From IMG/VR virus record IMGVR_UViG_2773858005_000001, positions 1,962-65,961 of that record: a DNA stretch of 64,000 nt; one strand, given 5' to 3'. Below are positions 18,196 to 27,146 of this stretch, piece by piece (the stretch's first letter is position 1; every line of letters begins with the position of its first letter). A program made the position numbers and the translations under genes. The notes below the pieces were generated by a model. It ran no database searches and was not told the DNA's origin. It saw only the letters and a program-made list of their open reading frames with translations. The DNA comes from a virus.

Positions 18196-19373
18196 TAATT
18201 ATCACCTCCTTTCAAATCTGTATTTTCAGTGCCATTTGAATAGTTTTTAGTTACTAAAAACTCATCTAATCCATCGACAGCATCATATCCAAAGCGAATC
18301 CTTACTTCATTACGACTAAATGAACCTGAACCAACTAACTTATCAATAGCTTCTGCTAATTTAAGCGGATTAGGCACATTCATTCCGAATATCTTAAATC
18401 TATGACCGCGGTTATATTGATTCGCATCTAAAAGAGAGCCGTTTAATTCGTCCTCAATTTTCTGTATCAATGGCGCAACCGTAAAATCTAGGTAAAACTC
18501 TTTGTTGCTTTCTAAATCCACAACAGAGCCATGAATTAAGTTAGGTGGAATACCCATCGCCGTTGCAATAACATCAACCATTGCTTTTCTCAGCGTTTCC
18601 ATTTCATCAATACGTTGTGACGTTACTCCGATTGTGTTAGAGACTTCTTCGTATTTAAAGGCTGACGTTTGCGGCACGATTGCTAATGACTTCTTGTCAA
18701 AGGCTGAATACAATTTATTGATATAATTTTGCAGTGGACTAACATATTCTGAATCACCTGTCTTGCTATCTTCTTTCATAAGCTTCTGCATTTCATTGGT
18801 ATCAATATTTACGACACCCCTAATTTGGTTATTACGCATGGCTACTTCAATAAGTCGAGAAAAAAGAGCGCTGTAATCATCGAATAGTTCATCGACAACA
18901 GCACTCAATTTTTTATTTTTATAGCGTAGATAAATAACTTCATTACGTTCAAATGATCGCTTGAATGTGTAATCATCAACTGTTACTTGCGAAAACCGAT
19001 TCTCATAAACAGCATATTTTTTCTGGTCAAAGCTATCAGCTATTAATAAATCATCATCGTCACTTAAAACAATTAAACACTCATTGTCATAGACTAACTT
19101 AGTGACGGCCGCTTCCCAAAAATCAGAAGCTGTTTGATTTTTATTAGGTTTAACATTCAGTTTATGCATCCAATCAGAAGGGATTGTTTTATTTTCATTG
19201 ATCAGACTGATTTTATTTTGTGCAATGGACCTTGCTAGAAAATTAATGCAATCCTCTAAAGCCATCCTTTTGATATAACTTCTATTCGCCATATCTTGCA
19301 AAAAATCTATATCAGCAATGTTAATGACTTTGCTTCTGCTGAACAGATTTGACACGCTTGCAAATAATCCCAT
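18195..19373 (-). CDS. Portal protein (HK97-like)
   Basis: KPNKNQTASDFW..IATAMGIPPNLI..SRNEVR. Confidence 0.93.
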   Translation of the reverse strand: MGLFASVSNLFSRSKVINIADIDFLQDMANRSYIKRMALEDCINFLARSIAQNKISLINENKTIPSDWMHKLNVKPNKNQTASDFWEAAVTKLVYDNECLIVLSDDDDLLIADSFDQKKYAVYENRFSQVTVDDYTFKRSFERNEVIYLRYKNKKLSAVVDELFDDYSALFSRLIEVAMRNNQIRGVVNIDTNEMQKLMKEDSKTGDSEYVSPLQNYINKLYSAFDKKSLAIVPQTSAFKYEEVSNTIGVTSQRIDEMETLRKAMVDVIATAMGIPPNLIHGSVVDLESNKEFYLDFTVAPLIQKIEDELNGSLLDANQYNRGHRFKIFGMNVPNPLKLAEAIDKLVGSGSFSRNEVRIRFGYDAVDGLDEFLVTKNYSNGTENTDLKGGDN

Positions 19374-19394
19374 TTATAATTTCACCCCCTTTCC

Positions 19395-21038
19395 TTAAAA
19401 ATCAAGGTCGTTAAACACATCTAAGAATCCAGAAACGTCAATATCTATAATTTCATCAGCACGCCACAGCGCATGAACAAAAGCTTGAAAACCATCAGTC
19501 TTACGTCTGTGTTCGTCTTTTTTCAAGAATTCCTTGTTACCGTCTTTCTTAGTGTGGACGGCAATGTTATTCGTGTACCAACGCATCAAAGGATTGTCAC
19601 CAAAAATAATATTTTGATAGGAAAACATATCTTCGATACGTGGTGCTAATAAGCTATGTGCAGCGCGGGGATTTCTTACAACTTCATACTCCAATCCCTC
19701 AGCTTCAAATAACGGTCTGAATAAATCCATACGAAAATTATCAGCAATTATTTTCTGTAAACCATAAATTTCACGCATTTCAACAAACCAGTTAATGATA
19801 TGTTTAGGATTAATAGAGGGTTCATCCACAATTGTGAGTAATCCTTGTTTTTCCCATTCGTGAATTGGTGGCTTTAGTTTAGCAACGTCCAAATAACCCT
19901 TTCTAGCGAAAGAGTGTGTTTTCCAAATATAATTATCGCCATCTCGGAATAATAATCCCACAGCAGCGAAATCTTTAATGCTACCGTAATCCAGACCGCC
20001 GATACAGGCTTTGTTTTTCAAATTAGGCATTTCTCTGTTGGTTGCCATAATGTCTTCCCAAGAAGCCACAACCTTGTCAGAATCAACTTCTGGTAGGTTC
20101 ATACGTTTTGTCATAAACGCTGACCGTCCACCAGGATTATTTTCTAAAGCTTTATATTGTGTTCTTACTTTTTTCAGTAATTGTTTTGCATATTTCGATA
20201 ATGGAAGTTCGAATGTTGGATTCGCTTTCTGCCAAAGCGACTCATCGTCAACTTCTTTCGCAATATCCAATTTACATAGGAAAGGAAATATCCTATCATC
20301 TGCACTTTCACCTCGTAAAACAGCCATACAACGTTCCATGAGCTTGTCGTAAAACCCTTCACGTACAAAACCATTCGTACCAATGAAAAACTCTCGTCCG
20401 TTAAATATCTTACCTAAACCACCACTGAAAACGTCAACAACTTCCCGACCTTCCATTTCGTGAATTTCATCGTACATTATGCAACCTTGACGACCACCAT
20501 CTTTTGTTTTAGCATTCGATGTCTTGAACATAAACGTTGAACGTGTTTTGTTATTTGTGATACCAGATTTACGATGATTGTACGCTTTCTGTAATGTAAC
20601 ATTACCATCCACAATATCGAAAAATTCTTCAAAGCTGACTTTTGCTTGTTCCTCACTATTGGCAACAATTGAAACATCATATTTCTTAATGCCATGCTTG
20701 TTGCTTGTAAAAAAAGCAGCGAGAGAGGACATGAAACCATTCTTACCTCCACCACGGCCAAGCGTGATGAAAAATTCTTCATAGAACAGTGAATCATCCT
20801 CTTTGAACCTTAAAAATATAAACGGTGTGATGAACTTTTCCCATTTGGCTAACGGAAAGAAGTATTTTGTTGTAAATGCAACGTAATCATCAATCATTGT
20901 TTCATCAAAATAAATATCATCACGATTCAAAATATATTTACCTAAGTATTCAAGCAACATAATGCGTTCTTTATTTAAAACAATATTCCCACATTCATAT
21001 TCGGAAATATATTCTTCTATATAAACGTGTGAAATCAT
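19395..21038 (-). CDS. terL: Terminase large subunit
   Basis: Walker A GRGGGKN, Walker B YDEIHE, nuclease GGLDYG and KTDG motifs. Confidence 0.95.
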   Translation of the reverse strand: MISHVYIEEYISEYECGNIVLNKERIMLLEYLGKYILNRDDIYFDETMIDDYVAFTTKYFFPLAKWEKFITPFIFLRFKEDDSLFYEEFFITLGRGGGKNGFMSSLAAFFTSNKHGIKKYDVSIVANSEEQAKVSFEEFFDIVDGNVTLQKAYNHRKSGITNNKTRSTFMFKTSNAKTKDGGRQGCIMYDEIHEMEGREVVDVFSGGLGKIFNGREFFIGTNGFVREGFYDKLMERCMAVLRGESADDRIFPFLCKLDIAKEVDDESLWQKANPTFELPLSKYAKQLLKKVRTQYKALENNPGGRSAFMTKRMNLPEVDSDKVVASWEDIMATNREMPNLKNKACIGGLDYGSIKDFAAVGLLFRDGDNYIWKTHSFARKGYLDVAKLKPPIHEWEKQGLLTIVDEPSINPKHIINWFVEMREIYGLQKIIADNFRMDLFRPLFEAEGLEYEVVRNPRAAHSLLAPRIEDMFSYQNIIFGDNPLMRWYTNNIAVHTKKDGNKEFLKKDEHRRKTDGFQAFVHALWRADEIIDIDVSGFLDVFNDLDF

Positions 21039-21340
21039 AATCCATCATCATCCTGATCACTATCAATAAAAGTAAATGTTTTTTCTAGTGACAGTAACGC
21101 GGTATTAATTTTATTCTTAGCATCAATTGCAGGATGAGTTTTCACGAAGGATTGTTTGCCGTTTTCAGTTACGACAACGGGACCTTGTTCTCTAATTGCA
21201 TCATCTAATTGATAGTAGATATCCAATAAATTTAGATACCGTTTTACTTTCTCAACTTCACGTGCGCTATTGATATTAACGTTTTTCATCAGTTCTTTTT
21301 CAATTTCTCCAAACTCTAAATCTCGTATATTAAAGCTCAA
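21035..21340 (-). CDS. terS: Terminase small subunit (P27 family)
   Basis: NGKQSFVKTHPA..KINTALL; overlaps terL start. Confidence 0.9.
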   Translation of the reverse strand: MSFNIRDLEFGEIEKELMKNVNINSAREVEKVKRYLNLLDIYYQLDDAIREQGPVVVTENGKQSFVKTHPAIDAKNKINTALLSLEKTFTFIDSDQDDDGL

Positions 21341-21389
21341 TTCCCGACACCCCCCTTCATGTAATTTTCATTTTTTCTGCGGAAAAGAC

Positions 21390-21399
21390 CCCCACCCCG
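21390..21399 (-). other. Candidate cos site CGGGGTGGGG
   Basis: G-rich 10-mer between HNH and terS, flanked by C6/G5 runs; resembles 3'-overhang cos ends of Listeria cos phages (from recall). Confidence 0.5.
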
Positions 21400-21491
21400 T
21401 TCCCCACAAGGGATTTCATCGTTGAAATATTTTGGGCGGGGGTATTATCTGTTGCTAAAAGTAAAATGATTTTTATTTTTCTTTCGTTTTT

Positions 21492-21797
21492 TTACCAGCG
21501 TTCGTCTGTCCACTTAGGATTTTTCTTTGTAAAACGATTATGTTTTTGATTATGATGCCTCACACATAATGTGATTAGATTATCTATTTCAAGTCCTAAC
21601 TCTGGATAGTGTTCTAAGTCCTTTATGTGGTCAACATCTAAGCGCTTATGCTTATCTGTATCGTGCTTGTTAGTATAAGTAAGACCATCACGCTTGCACT
21701 GTTGGCACTCGTAGTTATCTCTGCTCAATACTTTAAGTCTTACTTGACTCCAAGCTCTTGTCTTGTAGAACTTAGAACGTTCTTCTTTAGTTAGCAT
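21492..21797 (-). CDS. Terminase-associated HNH endonuclease
   Basis: RDNYECQQC..VDHIK..NLITLCVRHHNQKH. Confidence 0.92.
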   Translation of the reverse strand: MLTKEERSKFYKTRAWSQVRLKVLSRDNYECQQCKRDGLTYTNKHDTDKHKRLDVDHIKDLEHYPELGLEIDNLITLCVRHHNQKHNRFTKKNPKWTDERW

Positions 21798-22269
21798 TGG
21801 ATTGTTTATGGTTTGATTGGTTAGGTTGCTGTGGTTGTGGTGTATCTGTTGGCTCTGCTTGAGCTGGCTTGCTGAAGTACAGCTTGACTAACTCTTCTTG
21901 CAGCAATGCGATGTCAGCCATTGTAATGTCATCCACATGCTTGCTTACGCCCGTCTGCTCTTCAATGAATGTTTGGGTTAACTGTATGTTGTGTGGCGTT
22001 GTAGCGACACCTCGCATTGTTACAGCAAGGATTGTAGCAGCTTCATCTGCTCGAACACTGTACGCTGAAAAGATACTGTCAATCATACTGACGATTGCAT
22101 CCAGACTCTTCTCTTTCTGTAGATCAATAAGATTGTTAATGTATGGATAGTTAGTGTTAGGTTTGACGTTCGGTGTGTTAGGTTCAGTTGATTGCTTAGC
22201 CTTTGGTTGTTTGGTGTTAGGTTGTTTGCCTTTAGATTGTTTAGTTGTCATTATGTTCGCTCCTTTCAT
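21787..22269 (-). CDS. Hypothetical protein with Q/P/N/K low-complexity termini
   Basis: ORF with KQPNTKQPKAKQ and PQPQQPNQ stretches; start may be 22251. Confidence 0.6.
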   Translation of the reverse strand: MKGANIMTTKQSKGKQPNTKQPKAKQSTEPNTPNVKPNTNYPYINNLIDLQKEKSLDAIVSMIDSIFSAYSVRADEAATILAVTMRGVATTPHNIQLTQTFIEEQTGVSKHVDDITMADIALLQEELVKLYFSKPAQAEPTDTPQPQQPNQSNHKQSNAN

Positions 22270-22778
22270 TCGCTTACTTCGGGTCTGATTGGTAGGTCGT
22301 TGTCGTGTGTGCGAATATGTTTCACTCGGTATTTTGCGTTAACTGTTTCTCTTTGTATCTCCGCCGCTGTTTCATTACCTGTCGCTAAACGGACATACTC
22401 AACGTTGTTTTGATTGTCATGTGACAAAATACGAACATCAACAAACGGAATGAATAATTCAGTATCTCGGTGGTCTTTAGTTGCCCACACAAATTTAATG
22501 CTTTCCAATCCTTCTGTATCTGAGTACGCTAAGTTTCCATCTATTGATATGATTGGCACGTCACCACGCTTAGGCACACGTATGTTAATGTAATCATCGT
22601 CATTTGTACCAGCAGCTAGTGGTATGTGTTCAACACGTGAGAATCGTTTTTCATAACCAATACCAGGACCTATCACATCCCGAAGTGCCTTACGTTGTTT
22701 ATCACTACGGTTGTTCGGATTAAAAATATACTTAATAATTTCGTCTGTATTGTTAGTTTGTTTTGTCATGGTTATCAC
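22266..22778 (-). CDS. Hypothetical protein
   Basis: 170 aa ORF with GGGAG RBS, translationally coupled to the next gene. Confidence 0.65.
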   Translation of the reverse strand: MITMTKQTNNTDEIIKYIFNPNNRSDKQRKALRDVIGPGIGYEKRFSRVEHIPLAAGTNDDDYINIRVPKRGDVPIISIDGNLAYSDTEGLESIKFVWATKDHRDTELFIPFVDVRILSHDNQNNVEYVRLATGNETAAEIQRETVNAKYRVKHIRTHDNDLPIRPEVSE

Positions 22779-22801
22779 TCCCTAACTTAATTTAATGTAT
22801 G

Positions 22802-22825
22802 AAAAAAGACACCCTGTTGGATGCC
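22802..22825 (-). terminator. Intrinsic terminator after the tRNA
   Basis: GGCATCC-aaca-GGGTGTC then TTTTTT. Confidence 0.75.
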
Positions 22826-22837
22826 TTAATTGTTCTA

Positions 22838-22909
22838 CTGAGATAACAGGACTCGAACCTGTAACCTACGCATTAACAGTGCGTTGCTCTACCATTGAGC
22901 TATATCTCA
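22838..22909 (-). tRNA. tRNA-Asn (GTT), CCA not encoded
   Basis: Cloverleaf: acceptor TGAGATA/TATCTCA, D arm GCTC-AATGGTA-GAGC, anticodon arm ACGCA-CTGTTAA-TGCGT, T arm ACAGG-TTCGAGT-CCTGT. Confidence 0.95.
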
Positions 22910-22916
22910 TTATATA

Positions 22917-23190
22917 GTGTGGCAAGACCGTTTTTATAATCCACACACGCACGTCTGCGTTTATTTTAAGCTTCACTTTACGAGCTTCGGAAATCGCTGA
23001 GAGTTGTTGTTTTGAATCGATACTCACAAAGGATTGCTAGTAACCTAGCTATTGCTGTACACAATATGATGTTTCGGTAGCGGCTTTTCCGAGCCATCAT
23101 CTACCTATCACTTGCTGACGTCCCGAACGTCAGTGTGAGCCAACTAATTGTATGTACCGCTCCCACAGCCATACAAGTTAATCGCCCATC
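22917..23190 (-). ncRNA. Candidate structured non-coding RNA in the late-operon leader
   Basis: No ORF of 60 aa or more; at least seven stem-loops (see findings). Confidence 0.55.
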
Positions 23191-23253
23191 AAGTTTTTTA
23201 ACTAATATCATCGTAACATGGATTTATCAATAGATGTGTTGGCAAAATGTAGG

Positions 23254-23661
23254 CTACAACTTTGTGCCATTGAATTCAATTATCTTTTTCAATCGTGCAT
23301 GTCTGTCACGGATGTACTGATAACTATAGCCAGTTAACACAGCTATCTCAGACAGCGACAACTCATCCACATACCTCATAATTAATATACGATTATCCAG
23401 TCCCTCAAAACGTTCAATCAAAGTTACGATTCTTTCACGATGTGATTGCTTTTCTTCTAATTTAGTTTTCAAGTTATTAATCACCTCTTTTATTTCACCT
23501 TGTTTTTCAAGTGATGTTAAGAACGTTTGTGTTTTCTCTAGATCCCCACCATCTAGCCAACGACTTAACTCTTTTTCCTTACACTCAATTTCCAATTCTA
23601 AAATATCAATATCTGTCATTGTGTCATTGTATAATCTCAACCACTCGTATATTGTAATCAC
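23254..23661 (-). CDS. ArpU/RinA-family late transcriptional activator
   Basis: IERFEGLDNRILIMRYVDELSLSEIAVLTGYSYQYIRDRH sigma70-r4-like HTH; last gene before the late region. Confidence 0.85.
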   Translation of the reverse strand: MITIYEWLRLYNDTMTDIDILELEIECKEKELSRWLDGGDLEKTQTFLTSLEKQGEIKEVINNLKTKLEEKQSHRERIVTLIERFEGLDNRILIMRYVDELSLSEIAVLTGYSYQYIRDRHARLKKIIEFNGTKL

Positions 23662-23843
23662 CCCTTTGGTTTAAAATAAGCTGTGTATCTTGCGTTTAAT
23701 AAATGTGGCACACCGTTAGTTGTCGTGTCCGTTTTATCCCTTTTGTAATATTTAACCAACTCATGACCCTCAATAACTTTCTCACCCACAGCTCTGCAAA
23801 AATCTTGATAGTTGCCAGACCTTTCAATTCTTATGAGTTTCAT
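23658..23843 (-). CDS. Hypothetical protein
   Basis: 61 aa ORF with RBS, coupled to the next gene. Confidence 0.55.
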   Translation of the reverse strand: MKLIRIERSGNYQDFCRAVGEKVIEGHELVKYYKRDKTDTTTNGVPHLLNARYTAYFKPKG

Positions 23844-23852
23844 TTTGGTTCA

Positions 23853-24410
23853 CTACCTTTCTATATAGTATGGTTTATTATTTGAATATGCTTCTCGATA
23901 AACAATATCTTTTCGTGTTACTTCTACCATCAACATTGTTCTTCTAAATTCATCATCTGAATATACACAATCTCCAAACCGTGATTCGTCTTGCATGTCA
24001 GTTGCAGTAATGTCCAGTTTTTTAAAAGCTAGTTTCAATTGATTACAATGTTCTTTATTGTAAAATAAATGATTTTTGAAATGCTTACGGATTAAATCGT
24101 TTGGTATCTCGATGAATACTGAATCCCCTCGTTGGTATGTACTTTCAAACAACCTTTCATCCCCCAATAAAGATTTTGCTGATTTCTCATACCTCACCTT
24201 TAAGTCAGATTGAACATTTCGGAATTCTTCCACAAATAGAGCAGTGGATGGTTTTAGCTCTATCGGCTTTTTCACCCTGACCGGTATGAAATTTTCGTTA
24301 TTGTGTTTGCGTTCGTGAGATTCTTTACCAACGTTATTTATTTTTCGTTCCAAACCAATAAATATAGCTCCAAATATAAACCCTATGCAAATGCTCCAAA
24401 AAACTGTCAT
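23853..24410 (-). CDS. Hypothetical protein with N-terminal membrane anchor
   Basis: VFWSICIGFIFGAIFIG hydrophobic start. Confidence 0.6.
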   Translation of the reverse strand: MTVFWSICIGFIFGAIFIGLERKINNVGKESHERKHNNENFIPVRVKKPIELKPSTALFVEEFRNVQSDLKVRYEKSAKSLLGDERLFESTYQRGDSVFIEIPNDLIRKHFKNHLFYNKEHCNQLKLAFKKLDITATDMQDESRFGDCVYSDDEFRRTMLMVEVTRKDIVYREAYSNNKPYYIER

Positions 24411-24412
24411 TT

Positions 24413-24523
24413 TTACCACTCCTTATTTCTTATATTTTCAATTGTTTTAATGTACACAATCATGGCAACAGGTGTTGCGACTGCTAACATGATTGCTAGT
24501 ATGTTAATGTTTATTTTGTTCAC
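24413..24523 (-). CDS. Small membrane protein (36 aa), not in the ORF track
   Basis: GGAG RBS + GTG; MNKININILAIMLAVATPVAMIVYIKTIENIRNKEW. Confidence 0.5.
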   Translation of the reverse strand: MNKININILAIMLAVATPVAMIVYIKTIENIRNKEW

Positions 24524-25229
24524 TCTCCAGTTCAATCAAAGCCAATGTTGCATAACCTATGATGTCTTTTAGTGTATCTTCAATGCTCTCACCGACTTTA
24601 TCCTTTTCTCCTGCGACTAGTTGCTCCAATCGCATAAACTTGTCGTTTAATCGCATCTCTACACTTATCATTCCATATTTTTGATATTGTTTAGAAAATG
24701 AATCACCATAGTTTTCGTTTTTCGCAACGATAATGTCTTTGATTTCTGTGAATAGATCATTGATGTTTTCTGATAGTGTCGGTCTTTTTAGTGTTTTACC
24801 TAGTTTCTCAAATCCGTAACGCATTGCATCTATCGCATCGTTAGGTGTACCTTTAAGCGCTCTCCTCTGGGCAGCAGATATAACGTCAGCTAAAGCAGCC
24901 GGCGTAGTTGCCGCTCTTTGTACTAATTCCTGTATTTTATTAGCATGAGCTAAAGGAACGTTTTGTTCTTTTGGGACTGATGTTTCTTCAACATCTTTAA
25001 CGTATCGGTATGTACGCCAACCATCATGATTACTTGATAATTCCACTAACATATCAGAGTGGTTCTTTGCTATTAAAACTAAGTCTTCTTTCGAATGAAC
25101 CGCACTAGTGTATTTTAGATATTTATTTTTAGATAAAACGGCATGATTTAATTTGAAAACAATCAATAAATCACCTGTTCTCACTTCGCTATTAAGAACT
25201 TCTTTATACTCCTTACCTTCATGAATCAT
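24504..25229 (-). CDS. Protein with C-terminal DUF1599 / nucleotide-modification-associated domain
   Basis: KNENYGDSF..RLNDKFMRL..ESIEDTLKDIIGYATL. Confidence 0.7.
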   Translation of the reverse strand: MIHEGKEYKEVLNSEVRTGDLLIVFKLNHAVLSKNKYLKYTSAVHSKEDLVLIAKNHSDMLVELSSNHDGWRTYRYVKDVEETSVPKEQNVPLAHANKIQELVQRAATTPAALADVISAAQRRALKGTPNDAIDAMRYGFEKLGKTLKRPTLSENINDLFTEIKDIIVAKNENYGDSFSKQYQKYGMISVEMRLNDKFMRLEQLVAGEKDKVGESIEDTLKDIIGYATLALIELESEQNKH

Positions 25230-25537
25230 AAATCTGCCTCCCTCTTTTCCAAAACATCTACTGAAACTGTTATTCGTTTGTAATCATTTATAAAACCGTC
25301 TTCTATTTTGAATCTGACTACTTCTTTTAAGTGAGGGGCAATGTCACGCAACAAATTGTCTTTAATTAATTCTTCGTCTTTATCAATAACCCCGCTCGGA
25401 AATAAATCTCTAACATTGACTGTCTTTACCTCTCTTTGCCTAGGTTCGTGGAATTTTATTGGCATCGGAATACGATAATCTTCGGGATTTGCTTTTTCAT
25501 TTGCTTTTCTAACTAGTTTTTTTAGTAGTTGTTTCAT
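25226..25537 (-). CDS. Hypothetical protein
   Basis: 103 aa ORF in the co-oriented middle region. Confidence 0.6.
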   Translation of the reverse strand: MKQLLKKLVRKANEKANPEDYRIPMPIKFHEPRQREVKTVNVRDLFPSGVIDKDEELIKDNLLRDIAPHLKEVVRFKIEDGFINDYKRITVSVDVLEKREADL

Positions 25538-25918
25538 TTACCAACCCTCCAATAAACCAAAATCGTAATTGCTCTCAATAAATCTAATTGTTAAATCATT
25601 ATTTATTGCATTGCCTAATACTTCGTAAATAAATGAGAATTGCTCCTTATTAAAATCTGTTTCGAGGTACCCATTTATCATCAACCTAACACGTTTTTGC
25701 CAGTAAGGACTAACGCCTTTTGTTGCACTTCTTGATAGCCAATTCAATATTTTAGCAATCAACTCAGTTTTATTAGTCACATCTTCCAATCTGAAATATA
25801 GATTTTTGGAAGGTACAACTATTAATTCATCTCGTTTATTTATAAAAACATTTGGCGAATAGTGTCTTACACAACCGATGAACTTAGATAATTCAATTTC
25901 TATACCAGGATTTATCAT
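25538..25918 (-). CDS. Hypothetical phage protein
   Basis: 126 aa ORF with GGAG RBS. Confidence 0.6.
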   Translation of the reverse strand: MINPGIEIELSKFIGCVRHYSPNVFINKRDELIVVPSKNLYFRLEDVTNKTELIAKILNWLSRSATKGVSPYWQKRVRLMINGYLETDFNKEQFSFIYEVLGNAINNDLTIRFIESNYDFGLLEGW

Positions 25919-26058
25919 TCCGCACTCTCCTTTTGTTCAATCTGATCACGAATTGTTTCTAATCGTTCAATCAATGTTTTTACGTCTGCTAAATCTAATT
26001 CAAGCGTTTCTGACTCGCATGTTATTAATAACGTTTCATTTTTTATTTTTAGGTTCAT
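25915..26058 (-). CDS. Small hypothetical protein (47 aa), not in the ORF track
   Basis: GGAAAGG RBS; MNLKIKNETLLITCESETLELDLADVKTLIERLETIRDQIEQKESAE. Confidence 0.5.
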   Translation of the reverse strand: MNLKIKNETLLITCESETLELDLADVKTLIERLETIRDQIEQKESAE

Positions 26059-26075
26059 TTTTTCTCAACCTTTCC

Positions 26076-26423
26076 TTAAATATCTTCAATGCACGAAAAT
26101 TCTTTAGCAAATGCATTCATCTGTTTATCTGTTAAAAAACCACTTTTTTTATCATCTGAATAATCTACACGGTAGTTAAAAACGCACCTTTTTGATAAAT
26201 CTGTTTTCGAAAATTCTACTGCCAAATCAAATAATGCTAATTTATCATCGTGTTTATCAAACTCAGAAAAATCGGTACATATATTATTTTGTTTATCAGA
26301 ACTAACAGAAAAAATGTTTCCGATATTGTTTTTGAATACAACATACTCACCATAAACTCCTGTTTCCATATTAATACTGCTATCTATTTTTTCTACAGCA
26401 TTTTTCAAATCAACTAAATTCAT
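26076..26423 (-). CDS. Hypothetical protein
   Basis: ORF with AAGGGG RBS before MNLVDLK. Confidence 0.6.
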   Translation of the reverse strand: MNLVDLKNAVEKIDSSINMETGVYGEYVVFKNNIGNIFSVSSDKQNNICTDFSEFDKHDDKLALFDLAVEFSKTDLSKRCVFNYRVDYSDDKKSGFLTDKQMNAFAKEFSCIEDI

Positions 26424-26444
26424 TTTCATATCCCCTTTCAATTA

Positions 26445-26795
26445 TCATTCGATTTTTACGTGATATTTTTCCACTCTCAAATTTGTGACCCCTTTATTTA
26501 CATATCCGTGTAGATACGATTTACTTTTACCTATGAAAATAGATGCTTCAGTAAGTGAGCTGAAATTCATTGTACTAAATCCTAAATCTTTCCACTGTAT
26601 ACAGATTTTGTACCTTTTATGAACACGTGGTGCAATTTCAGACTCCATCAGTTCGAGCTCTTTACCTAACTCACGAATCTCTTCGCATACTGCACAGTTA
26701 CAATTCACCATTGAGATAAAACCTATTTCCTCATGCCCCTCATATAAATCTGCAATCTTAATTCTTATCTCACGCTTTTTTTCCCGTGTGTTCAT
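26445..26795 (-). CDS. Zn-finger plus NUMOD1-like HTH protein
   Basis: CNCAVCEEIRELGKEL and FSSLTEASIFIGKSKSYL. Confidence 0.55.
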   Translation of the reverse strand: MNTREKKREIRIKIADLYEGHEEIGFISMVNCNCAVCEEIRELGKELELMESEIAPRVHKRYKICIQWKDLGFSTMNFSSLTEASIFIGKSKSYLHGYVNKGVTNLRVEKYHVKIE

Positions 26796-27114
26796 ATCCT
26801 CCAACCTCCACAATTTTTAATGCATCTTCTGCTGATCGTGCGACACCTGCAAGTACTCCGTTTTTAATCATTGCTTCAATAAATGTTTTCTGTTCTGGTC
26901 TGATACGACCCGTTTCGTTTTTCACTTCCACAAAGAACATTTTTCCGTCTGAAATACGATAGCCAAACAAATCACTAAAACCTTTTGGCAATCCTGTGGA
27001 AACTGGTATTCCTGTTTTCGTATAAAACAAACCAACGTTACCTCGAAAACACACACAACCATTTGAAGATAATGCCACTCTTATTTCATTTTGTATTTGC
27101 TTTTCAGATTTCAT
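26770..27114 (-). CDS. VRR-NUC domain nuclease
   Basis: EKQIQNEI..GLPKGFSDL..FVEVKNETGRIRPEQKTF. Confidence 0.9.
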   Translation of the reverse strand: MKSEKQIQNEIRVALSSNGCVCFRGNVGLFYTKTGIPVSTGLPKGFSDLFGYRISDGKMFFVEVKNETGRIRPEQKTFIEAMIKNGVLAGVARSAEDALKIVEVGGYEHTGKKA

Positions 27115-27146
27115 GCTTACCTCCTAAAAAACTAAAAAATTTAAAA

